From: Daphnia carinata
Lineage: Eukaryota
Assembly (NCBI RefSeq): GCF_022539665.2
Contig: NC_081332.1
Coordinates: forward strand, 7,502,001 to 7,566,000
Direction of reading: 5' to 3'
DNA length: 64,000 bases
Shown here: one piece after another, positions 26,291 through 37,144 of the stretch
Position numbering within the stretch: the stretch's first letter is position 1
Layout of the letters: every line of letters begins with the position of its first letter
The notes under the pieces: generated by a model
The model's input: only the letters and a program-made list of their open reading frames with translations
Told to the model about the DNA's origin: nothing
Databases searched by the model: none
Made by a program: the position numbers and the translations under genes

Positions 26291-26990
26291 AAAAGGAAGT
26301 ATGTTAGACACGAAATTCCCAAACGGAACAACCCTGCTCCATGAAAGTGTAAACAAAAAAAGATACGACGTCACAGATTTACTATTAACGTTCGGCGCCA
26401 ACATCAACATCGTGGAAAATGGCGAAACAATAGCTCACCGAGCCGCAGCGGACAACAATGAACACCTACTCAGAACTCTAGCGTACCACAAGTGTCAGTT
26501 TAGCGAATGGAACTGTCTAGGGGAAACTCCCTTAATGGTGGCTATTGCATTAAGAATCGAAGAATGTATCGATTTCCTATGGGTAACTCCTCTGATAAAA
26601 CAATTGAGTCGCGATGGAGAAACCGTTCTGCACTATCCAGCAAGATTCAATAACAAGAAAGAGTACGTCAACAGTGCATACCTGCATGGAGTAAACATCA
26701 ACCAAAAGTCCTTGACGCGCCGCGAAACACCCCTTATTGTAGCCGTACGATACGGAAACCCTGAAATCGTGAAAGTACTGTTAAGAAACGAGGCCAGATA
26801 CGACGAACCAGACGGTCTAGAAAATTACGCCATGGATTACATCGGCGAGAACGAAGAAATAGCGAAAGTATTCCTTAACAGAAACATAACTCCAAAAAGA
26901 AAATGCCAGAAAACGCTGATAATACACTACGACCGAGAAACAAGATGCAAGAAGAGGAGAGGATCCAGTTCAGCATCGGAAGAAGATTAA
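26274..26990 (+). CDS. Intronless ankyrin-repeat protein (~238 aa, 5-6 repeats, basic C-terminus); probable retroelement accessory gene
   Basis: NGTTLLHESV..LLLTFGANIN, GETIAHRAA, GETPLMVAI, GETVLHYPA, RETPLIVAVRYGNPEIVKVLL; C-terminal PKRK..KKRR. It lies ~230 bp upstream of the PPT/LTR and is A-rich like gag/pol. Confidence 0.88.
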   Translation: MTVFNEKGSMLDTKFPNGTTLLHESVNKKRYDVTDLLLTFGANINIVENGETIAHRAAADNNEHLLRTLAYHKCQFSEWNCLGETPLMVAIALRIEECIDFLWVTPLIKQLSRDGETVLHYPARFNNKKEYVNSAYLHGVNINQKSLTRRETPLIVAVRYGNPEIVKVLLRNEARYDEPDGLENYAMDYIGENEEIAKVFLNRNITPKRKCQKTLIIHYDRETRCKKRRGSSSASEED

Positions 26991-27220
26991 CCACAGAAAT
27001 CGCCGTTCCCACCAAGCAGAATTTAGAATACAATTTTAAAGTAAATAAAAAATAATAAAACAAGCTAGATATTTTCAAAATGTTTGGGACCTTAGACTTA
27101 GCTTAAAGGATATGTAACCAAAGTAAGCATCTTCGTATAAACAATATTGAAATGTTTAGCCTTCATTTGTAGGCCTTAAGGCATAAATGATATCTAGTTG
27201 GAGGACCAACTCTTATCGAT

Positions 27221-27234
27221 AAAGGGGGAAGGAA
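27221..27234 (+). promoter_or_regulatory. Polypurine tract
   Basis: aaagggggaaggaa immediately precedes the TG of the LTR. Confidence 0.85.
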
Positions 27235-27599
27235 TGTAATGATCCAATATATACTTTTATGTACACTTGGCGGTAGCCTATGCTATCCCTGTAGTAGGTG
27301 CGAAGCGTAGTGTACATACTACGTAATCACCTGCTGAATGGGAGCCGATCCAAGTCTGCTTAGTGCTATACCCCTGCAGCTTGGAGCTACGGATGGCGCG
27401 TGGTGTATAACCATCGCGACACGACCTTGTCACGCTCCCGCCGTCTAAGCGTGATGCTAATTATCACCATGACGTGCGCTACTGTAGCTCCTTACTGGTA
27501 TATAAACCTGTGCTTTTTCAATCATAAGTCGGAGTTGCCTTTGCACTGTCATCTTGTACATTTGTACCAAGGATAATAAACGGATATAAGAACCTTACA
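27235..27599 (+). mobile_element. LTR (365 bp) of a Ty3/Gypsy element
   Basis: TGTAA...TTACA inverted termini, TATATAAA at ~27499, AATAAA at ~27575, flanked by PPT and PBS. Confidence 0.92.
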
Positions 27600-27601
27600 T
27601 T

Positions 27602-27618
27602 TGGAGGTCCCAACGAGA
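27602..27618 (+). promoter_or_regulatory. Primer-binding site complementary to the tRNA-Gln 3' end
   Basis: tggaggtcccaacgaga versus expected TGGAGGTCCCACCGAGA (reverse complement of the metazoan tRNA-Gln 3' end plus CCA, recalled); one mismatch. Confidence 0.8.
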
Positions 27619-27662
27619 CTCTCAAATACATAAAAGGTTCACCGTAATAAATCCTAAAATAC

Positions 27663-30494
27663 ATGAGTACTAGATGAAGTAAGAGCGAAAACATACGAGC
27701 CCAAAGTTTACATAGAGGTAAGCGAATGCATAGCACTTCTTTTCACAAAAATATACAAGTAGTGGCAACTCTCGAAACCAACCCGATCTACCCAGATTTA
27801 CCCGTTGTAACCTTACCTCCACTATATCCCACCTTACCAACACAAAATTCTGAGACACAAACCCTCAAGGAAAATTTTGCTATAAAGTGGAAAGAGCTCG
27901 TAGAGCTAGAGCATAACTATCTCCTCGAGAAATATAAAACCTACCAAACAACTTCGACAACAACAAATATAAAACAATTGGAAGAAAGGAGAAAACTCTC
28001 CCACAGAGAGCTAAACAACACTCTACAACTATACACTCACTCACTAATAAAGCAAAATCTAGAGACAACAGACGACACCACGTCACACGAGTTAATCAGC
28101 AAGACTACTGTAGCTTTAAAAAGTCAACTAGCGAAATCTGGCGAAGAAAATAATTTCGTCGACACTCTTATCCACCAGTTAAAGACAATCCACGGCAAAG
28201 AAAAAGAATTCCTTAGCAAAACGTTAGCTGTCCTTCAGAGTGAAATCCTACACCAGCAAGTAGAAGAGCAGCAAGTAAAAGGTCAAATTACCGCATAAAA
28301 TACCAATCTACGAAAACAGATCGAGAGCAACAAGAAAAAGGCAAAGAGTTCAAAGTACACGCTCAGCAGCTCCTTAGAACGCCTGCAAGAAAACAACGAG
28401 TCCTTGAAAAACTCACTTGAAAAAGCAAACACCCGAATTGCAGAGTTGGAGAGTGGTCTACAAAAATCACAAGAAGCTGAAAAATATTTCGAAGACCGAC
28501 TGAAAAAGAAAGAAGAAATTACCGAAAGCGTTGAAAGAGAAGGGCAAGAGACAATTAATAAACTTGAAGCAGAAAATTTAGCAACTCCAAGAAAAACTAA
28601 ACAGTACCAGGAAACAAATAGCAGTAAACGTTGAAAAAATAAAAGTACTAGAAGCAGCTACAAACGAAATAAAAACACAGTTGGACAAATCAAAAGCAGA
28701 AAAAGCCATGCTAAATAAGACACAAGCAGAAATTGTTCTTAAAAATAAAGACCTTGAACGAGAGCTTCAGCAAGTAAAAAAGCAGACAGCAGAACAAGAA
28801 AATAAAATATCCCGCTTGGAGAATCGTATTGCAGAGTATAAACAACGAGAACTTTTATTCGTCGAAGCCGAAGAGATCGACACAGAACAGGACCAGCACG
28901 GAGAAATAACAAAATTAATTAACGAAATACACGACCTATCCTCGTTAAGTGAAGTCCAAGATAAATCACTACATTTTGAACTTGAAGCTGAGCAAATAAC
29001 AGAACTGCAAAAAGTTATTGAGCTCTTGGGAAAACAAGTTGAATCCCAAAGTAGAAATATAACATACTTGGCAAAAGAAAACAATCATCTCAAAAGGATC
29101 ATGGGTAAACACCATGACGATTCCACCAGACCGGACCAAGAGAGCAAAAAATATACCGCCGAAGAAGAGGCCATGATGAGTATAACTCAACCCATCGTAA
29201 GAGTGCTGGGAGAACTTTTTTCGAGAGAAGACAAAAAATCCATCCCGCCATTCAAAGGTAAAAGCACCGATAAATTAATTACCGAATGGCTCAAAGCAGC
29301 AGAACACGTGGCCCGAAACAACAACTGGGACGACGAGCAAAAGCTACGATTCTTCTCGGACCGACTTAAAGGAGAAGCAATGGAATGGCATGAAGCCTAC
29401 GTCGATGAGAAAGGAGAAGAACTGGAATATGGAGAATGGAAAGCAGCAATAATCGAAAGATTTCAAGATGCATTTGACATAGCAGCGCTGAAGAAAAAAC
29501 TAATGAAGCTAAAGCAGAAACCAGAAGAAAATTGCAGAGCTTTCGTATGCAGATTAAACAGCCTATACGACACCATATAGGGGAAGGAAGAAAAACTCGA
29601 CCACGACAAAACCATAATAGAAGATCAACTATTTAATAAAGTAAAGAAGATGAGAGATACGACAAAGATAAAAATATTACTTCAAGGGATTCTACCCAAA
29701 GTAAAAGCTGAGCTATACCTCAGAATGCCAGAAAAATCTGACGACTTTGATTCGCTTTGCAAACAGCTGTTCATATCAGAACAGATATTGCACGAAAAGG
29801 AAAATAATGAAGATAAAGAAATAACGGCAGTAATTGCAGGAATTACGGACCGTGAGAAAGAGCAAGATCACAAATTGTGTGATCAAAAAACTGAACTGGA
29901 ACAACTTAGCCAGAGATTATTGAAGTTGGAATGTTTTAATAAAGATCGTGAACCATCACAGGAAAGCAGTGTGCAGATTGCAGCCACCAACCGTTCAGCA
30001 ACCACGGACGGCATTCGAACATACGGCAAGGTAGACCAGGTTATCCCAGAGCAGAGTACTGAGGCAGAGTCCGTTTCCGAGATACCGTAGACCGCAGCAA
30101 AGAATCGAGTTATTCACGCAGTAGAGACCCGAGTTTTTCAAAAAGCAGAGTGGCAAGCCCGTTTAGGAGGAACGAACACATACATCGCTGGAGGCATAAC
30201 GCACCAATAAGGGATCTTGAGACAACATATACAACAGACTTCCGACCTCAACGAAACCACCCGTATACGCATCAACCGAGAAGATACCAACAACCTTTCA
30301 GGACTAACGACCACACGGATAACAGGTACCCGCAACAAAACGATAGCAATCGCCAATATCGCAGTACAGGAGTGCGAACCCCAGTAAACAGAGATATAAT
30401 TTGCCATAAGTGTAACAAAAAAGGATACATAGCAAGAGAATGTTGGACCAATATGGCACGTATGAATTATGCGAATCACCAACAAATAGAATAG
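27663..30494 (+). pseudogene. gag: Gypsy gag with long coiled-coil N-terminus, capsid-like region and zinc knuckle; disrupted
   Basis: ATG 27663 is in frame with ORF 27726 (MSTR*SKS..). Capsid-like IPPFKGK..EWLKAAE..WDDEQKL..LKGEAMEW..KLKQKPEE; knuckle CHKCNKKGYIAREC (H replaced by Y). Several stops and frameshifts. Confidence 0.85.
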
Positions 30495-32337
30495 ATAAGG
30501 CACTAACCCGCAGTAGCATAAAATCGAATAAATTAGATTCTAGCATACCCCAACTAATACCCATACCAATTAGAATTTATGGAATAGTAATTAGAGCTTT
30601 GATAGACACTGGAGCAGCAGCCAGTCTAGTTTCCGCAGACATCTTATTCAGCATAAATGAAAAAGAACTAAAACAAAAAACAAATAAAAATACACCTACG
30701 TTTAAGACAGTATCTGGTCAGATACTAGAATCAATAGGGCAATATGAACTAACAATTACCATAAACAATAACCATTTAATCAATCGTTACTTCTATGCCA
30801 TAGAAAAACTGAACGAAGATTGTATTTTAGGCTTAGATTTTCGCCTAAGCACGAAATTAAGCAGGAAGAAAGCGAGAGGGTTCGACTACAGCATAACGAT
30901 AACTATTGCAGAAGAATTATAGAGAATTTGACAAAGGTAAAACAGAAAAACAGGAGGACGGAGAATATAAATGGATATAAGATAAACGAAAAAGGTGAAT
31001 TAATAGATAAATATGGAAGACTAGTGGTACCAGGAAGTAAAATAAAAGAAATAATGGAAGAAAATCATGATTACATGCTAGCAGGACACTTAGGAATTAC
31101 GAAAACTTTAGCGAGAATTCAAAGACAATATTCTTGGCCAAATATGAAAACAGACGTTACGACACACGTTAACAGTTGCTTAAGATGTGCAAGGCGTAAA
31201 GCCTTCGGCACAACGATAGCACCATTGCAACCCCTGCCACCAGCTGACAGAGTGCGGCAACGCATTGCAATGGATATCGTAGGACCAATTCAAGAAAGTA
31301 CTAAGGGATATAAATGTATTCTAGTTCTATCTGATTACCAGTCATGGTATTGCCAGTCGTTTCGTTTTCATTTCCAATGAAAAACCAAACAGCCCAAACA
31401 ATCGCATCCATTATGGTAAATAAAGTGATAACGAAATATGGAGCACCGGAAATTGTACTAACCGACCAAGGAACGAATTTCCTGTCAAGTCTTGTTCAAG
31501 AGATGTGTAAACTCTTTAAAATCAAGCAGATGAGAACTACCGCCTACCACCCACAAACCGACGGACTGGTAGAAAGATTCAACAGAACGCTGTGCGATAT
31601 GCTAGCTTGCTACGTAGTAGATGAGCCACAGGAATGGGACAAATACCTACCATTTGTCACCTTAGCGTACAACACATCACAGCAAGCTACGCTGAAGGAC
31701 ACCCCATTTTACCTTTTCTTCGGAAGAGAACCAATTCTACCTAACGACATAAAAATAAATCGATACTTCGAGCACGACGAAGGCAGTAGTGAATTATACT
31801 ACCAAAAATGGAGAGACGCTCAAGATCTTGCAACAAGTCACCTCTTCAAAGCAAAAACTAAACAGAAAGGATACTACGATGAAAGAGCAAAAGGAATTAA
31901 TTATAAAACTGGTGACTTAGTAATGCTAAAAGCACCACCATCAGCAGGTAAATTCATTAACATATGGAACGGACCGTTCCGAATCATACGAAACTTCTCA
32001 GACATAACTTACGAAGTCGAAAACATTAATAACAAAAAAACAAAAAGCAACCGTTCACTCTAATCGCCTGAAGCTCTATACCCCTCGAGAAAGTGTACCA
32101 ACCACCACAGAAATACTAAATCCAAACGTGAAAACCGAAAGTAAAATCAAAAGAGGTCCTGGAAGACCACGTAAAAATCTAACAATAGAGACTGGCCCCT
32201 TAAATTTGAAATTGAGAGAAAAGCACCCCACGAATCCTATACCCGTGATCATCGACCAAAGAATGTCCTATGCCGAACCAAACACCCCAACCAATTCGAG
32301 AAATGCCCGCTATAATCTTAGGAAAAGAACTAATTAA
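30495..32337 (+). pseudogene. pol: Gypsy pol remnant: aspartic protease joined by deletion to integrase (RT and RNase H missing)
   Basis: Protease ALIDTGA..CILGLDF is followed directly by the integrase HHCC (HDYMLAGH..CLRC), MDIVGP, TDQGTNF, GLVERFNRTL, the GPF motif and a C-terminal GRPR. Frameshift at ~31345. Confidence 0.92.
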
Positions 32338-32389
32338 GCAAAACTAAAAAAAAACCCTGTAGTAATAAAAATTACTTTTCATATAACAG

Positions 32390-34545
32390 ATGGAGATATC
32401 CCTACTAGTAATTTGCGTGTTAGCTACCCTTGAAACTTCCAAAACACTTTACGTGTCCGTGTGCGATTGTAAGAATGTGAAAACAAAAGGCATACTGGAT
32501 ATAAATTCACCCTATTATTGCGATAACGAAAATGTCGAAACCAGGCTACATTTCCCACGTTTCCCTACTAGTTATACCCTAATGACAAAACAAAAACCCA
32601 TTAAAACATGGAAGGGATGGACTTGTAAACAATGGATAAAAACAAAAAAAATTACAGGATCCTTTTGGGTTGGATCATTCGATACCGTTTTCTCCCAAGA
32701 AACCAAACTGATTTCACCGTAGAATGTTGGGAAATGGTTAACGATAAAAAATACGGAGGCAATGTAATGCAGGCCACTCCAACCTCATTAAGTTTCACTG
32801 CAACCCCTACAGGAGAGGGTGCGTGGTACGCAATAAAAGAATATCGCGCACTAAATTGTCTTGCAGAAGAGATAACTTTAAGACAAGAAGCCCCTGAAAA
32901 CCCCATAGAAAGCCCCTTCGGATATTTAAATGCTACCCAACAAGACGGCCAAATCATTCAAAACCATAATACAATAGTATGGGGGGATAAAACAAGTAAT
33001 GTCTCAAATTCCCAGATAATCTTTAAAGGAGTGGGATACCTAGAATTGACCCAGACCACAGAAATCGTAAATACCAGTAGGCTCTTAGATACCAGTAGAC
33101 AAATTGAAATATCATTCTCTAACACCCCTGATAATAATAATAAAGAACTAGCTCAACCCAGCTTTAAAGTAGTCGGCATCCCCCTAACCTTTTTGATATT
33201 CCCCGCCGAAACAACAAGAAAATTATACAAACTACATAAAAACACCCTACCCTCCTGTAAAAATCAAACCAATATCGACTCATGGTCCTGCAATGAATTT
33301 GCAGAACCGAGGAAAAGCAAAACCAAAAGATCCATAAAGCAAGAAGTCGAATTCCTTTTAAACGATCCACTCGAGGAAGCAGAATTGGGAAAACGACTCT
33401 ACAGCATTTCTTATGCTTGGGGATGGATTCGTTTAGGCCATCCAAAAATAACAAAGGTAGAAGAAAACGGCGTAATAAGCAAACAAGATTCAATCGTTTA
33501 CATCAAGATAATGTACACCCAAAAACAAGTGACCATCCATAACCAATTCGACATAGACGAAAAATTACCTTTCGGAACAGACTTTGAGTACCTATTGGAT
33601 CAAAGCTTACGAATCAGAAGAACCACCACGTGTATAACGACAGCAGAGATAAACACCATCATTGCGGGGCAGTGCGGTGAACGGACGTCGCGCTGGATAT
33701 TCGATACAAAAAACCACCAGCTAATATCAATGGAAAAACGCCTATGCATCACACTACGAGACGAAGACGAAGGAACCAAACGCTCTGAAATCATGCAAAA
33801 ATGCAGCAGACCTGACGATGTAGACGACAACCAGCAATGGGTATTTGAAACACTGAATACAAACCCAGAAGTATTAGAAAACTTTCCGGAAACATCCATC
33901 GACGAGCTGGAGGAAATAAGACTGGAACAGAGAAGAGCAGTAACGACAACCATTAATTCGCCACTCTTTGGAAGCTTAATTAAATTCAACCATGGACATG
34001 GAAACATCATATGGGATATGATCGGCTGGGGACTGCTGAAAAACGGAAGACCGCCAAATGAAAAATGCGTTACCTACAACGGCACAAACACCATGATGAC
34101 GCTGGAAGAATGTGACCCAGACTGGATCAGATGCCAAAGAAGCCTACAAAAATTGCTAACTAGCAATGACTCATTGGTACAGACTCAAACTACAGTAGCA
34201 AACTGCAGTAGGACAATGGAACGAGGTCAAGCGTTCGAATATTCAGCAGATTTCACAATCAGACCCTTCAATACCAACAACTGTATCAAGGCCAATACAA
34301 CGATGCTAGTCTTACAGGAATGTTCAAATCCTAGCTCAGTATGGGGAACATTCAAACACACGGGACAATTAATGGCAACGGATAGAACGGGATCACACTC
34401 ACCTGCCTCAGACAGAAAATGTCTGACACTGAAAATAGGAAAGTTAAGCCTAGGACATTGCCACGAAAGGAGCAAGAAACAACACTTCAGCTTCGAGTAT
34501 AAAAATCCTCACCAAATAAGAACCTTGAACCAAATAAGAAGATAA
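32390..34545 (+). pseudogene. env: env-like glycoprotein (signal peptide, class III fusogen-like N-half, ricin-type lectin modules); frameshift ~32718, 3'-truncated
   Basis: Third ORF after IN. Signal peptide MEISLLVICVLATLET; Cys pattern GWTC..FWVG..ISP/VEC; many N-x-S/T sites; basic site RKSKTKR; QQW-type lectin motif. No TM segment before the element breaks off. Confidence 0.8.
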
Positions 34546-34659
34546 CACTCTCACACGAGACCAACCCAGTTCCTCAACACGATGGCAGTTAATTTCAAGG
34601 TACGTTTTTTTATAATTACTTAATATTTCTAAAGCAAATAAAATAAGTGTTCCATCTGA

Positions 34660-34793
34660 CCGCACTGGCTTCCACGTCTACTGTATTCACTTCTCCAATT
34701 ATCACCGCTCGTGCTGGCCCCGCTACGTTAAGAACCGCCTCCGAAGCTGGACAAGTCTACGGGAATTCCGCTAACGTTGCCCGCGACTACTAA
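34660..34793 (+). pseudogene. 3' fragment of a cuticle-protein paralog (..VFTSPIITA..NVARDY*)
   Basis: Same VFTS repeat and NVARDY terminus as the CPR genes at 35893 and 40116. Confidence 0.75.
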
Positions 34794-35390
34794 GTCCAAT
34801 AAATTCTGAAACACTGATGTAAAAAAGATGATTAAATATATAAAGATTAATAAACTATATAAAAGCAAAGCAACGTTAATGTCTTACATTGTTATATGGC
34901 TGCAAAGGAGGATGAATAATAACTCCTAAAAAATACAGTCAATTTATGAAACCCATAAATTTAAATGTAAACTTGAAGTTAAATGAGCTTCGTAGGAAAC
35001 ATAAATTGAATGTGGTTGTGGAAATGTACAGTGTTGGACATTTAGCACCAAAATGCAACACAGACGGTGCCTCGTTCGTCATTTGAGAGCACAGAATGTT
35101 TCAACCTCCTTTTCGTTAACGCGTTCATACTACAATTCATTGGTGGTTCAGCTCCTTGGCTATTTCCGTATTTTAGTATAATTCAATCGTCATTGAGCGA
35201 TCACCCCAACACCTTCGATTCTCCACAAAGCGCAGAGTATTTCATAACGAAACAGGAAAAGGATTAAGAAAATAAAAATAGACGTCAATTGTAAGGCTGC
35301 TTCCCATTCCCTTCGTTAATTACGAGCAGAAATTCATGTATATCTAAAACAAATTAAATTTCATCCACGTTTTTCGTTTTCACTTACTAT

Positions 35391-35463
35391 TACCTCTAGC
35401 GGGCCTCGAACCCGCAACCATCGGCTTAGTAGCTCGGTGTCTTATCCTTTGTACCACAAAGGC
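35391..35463 (-). pseudogene. tRNA-Arg(CCT)-derived pseudogene
   Basis: 73 nt, gcctttgtgg..ggataagacacc..ggttcgaggccc; anticodon now ACT; stems mismatched. Confidence 0.7.
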
Positions 35464-35892
35464 ACATATATAACAAACGGGCAAAAAATTAGACCTCTTT
35501 TCCTACGATAAATGGAAATCAAAATCAACATAGAAAGGGAAAAGTCAATATAATACTCTTTATATAATTAAACAAATCAGAAATTGCCTTACATTTCCAA
35601 ATTTGGCCTCCTGTTGGAAAGTCCGTTATGTAGAACACCGTGGGGAAAGCACCGATGTTGGAACACTTTTCATTTGACCGTTGCAAAGATCAAACAGCAG
35701 GTCAAACGAAAACACTTTTCCTTTCTTCAGTGAATTTTGGAACAATGGGATATGTTCCTTATTAGAACTGGGTAGAAGGCACCTGAAGAAAGAAAAGCGC
35801 AGGGTAGTTGAGCTGTGGTATATAAGGGCGAGCGAATAGCAGTAAGAGCATCAAATTACCAACTGTCTTTATCGCTCTATCAACTTCTCAAC

Positions 35893-36853
35893 ATGCAGGT
35901 AAAATAATCTGTGCATTCAAACGGTTTAAAATTATTGTTTAATTCTAATAAAATACTTTTTTCCAATGTCAAGTTCTTCGTACTCGCCGCCTTGATCGCT
36001 GTCACTACAGCCAATTCTGAATATCTTGGCCAAACTTCTTCAAATTCAATTTCCGCTTCCGATGCTCGTTATTATTCACCTTCAACGTACGAGGTCAAAC
36101 AATACGTAAGTCCAATTGGCTTTTCTTATATCCATTCAAAGCAGTTTCTGAATGAACATTTGCCTATTTAATAGCCCGCTCAGCCGTACTCTTTCAACTG
36201 GGCAGTCTACGATGGCTATGGCAACGACTAAGGACACTCTGAGAGCAGCGACAGTCAAGTAACGACCGGTACTTACCGCGTACTTCTTCCCGATGGCCGT
36301 GTTCATATCGTCTCCTACAAAGCTGATAGCTACGGATACACTGCTGATGTGAAATACGAGGGTGAGGCCAAGTACCCCGTTCCAGCCTCCTACTCAGCCC
36401 AGGCTTACTCCTCACCAGTTTTTACCGCCCCCACTGCTCCTGCTTCCGTCTTCACCTCTTCGTCTGTAACGGCTCCAGGAGCTAACTCCCGTACTTATTC
36501 CGCACCGGTTTTCACTTCTTCTGCTGGCCGCACTTCGGAAGCCAACCCCCGTACTAACCGTGCCAGTCTTCACTTCACCTGCTGTTACCGCCCATGTTTT
36601 CACTTCTCCGGTTGTCACTAGTTCTGGTGACGCCTCCCGCATTTATTCCGGCCAAGTTTTCACGTCTTCGGGTGTCGTAGCCCCTGTAATCACTTCTATT
36701 CCCATCACAGCTCCTGCTGCATCATCTCGTACTTACTCCGCACCAGTTTTTACATCTGATGGCTCCGCGTTTGGCCGTGTTTCCCAGTCCGTCACTGCTC
36801 CTGGCAGTGGATCCGTCTACGTGACTTCCGGTAACGTTGCTCGCGACTACTAA
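35893..36853 (+). pseudogene. Cuticular protein with chitin-binding R&R domain, pseudogene
   Basis: TATA at ~35819; exons MQ / FFVLAALIAV.. / PAQPYSFNWAV..GTYRVLLPDGRVHIVSYKAD..GY. TAA at 36229-36231 where the paralog has TAC; frameshift at ~36557. Confidence 0.9.
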
Positions 36854-37071
36854 GCGCCATAAATCCTGAAAATATGTCTATATACATCAATGAGATGTCA
36901 AATTAAGTATCAAATCAAAAATCTATATCAATAATAAAATGTATGAAAACAAACATCCTGTATTTCAATTCATTACATGGCTGGAACAATGAACATGTGG
37001 CAAATTGCTAAAGCAATATATGATTATACATCTTTCAAAATCAATTGCTTAACAACTATTTGCTTTGTGAA

Positions 37072-37144
37072 TATCTATGGCGGGATTCAAACCCGCAATC
37101 CCCGGCTTAGGAGGCCGGTGTCTTATCCATTTGGCCACAAAAGC
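37072..37144 (-). pseudogene. tRNA-Arg(CCT) pseudogene
   Basis: Intact anticodon arm ccggc-ctCCTaa-gccgg, mutated B-box (ggtttgaatcc), mismatched acceptor stem. Confidence 0.75.

Noticed and set aside
27408..27418. taaccatcgcg shared by the LTR and the satellite unit, with a similar word at ~52275
   Set aside because: An 11-12-nt match can arise by chance; no further similarity.
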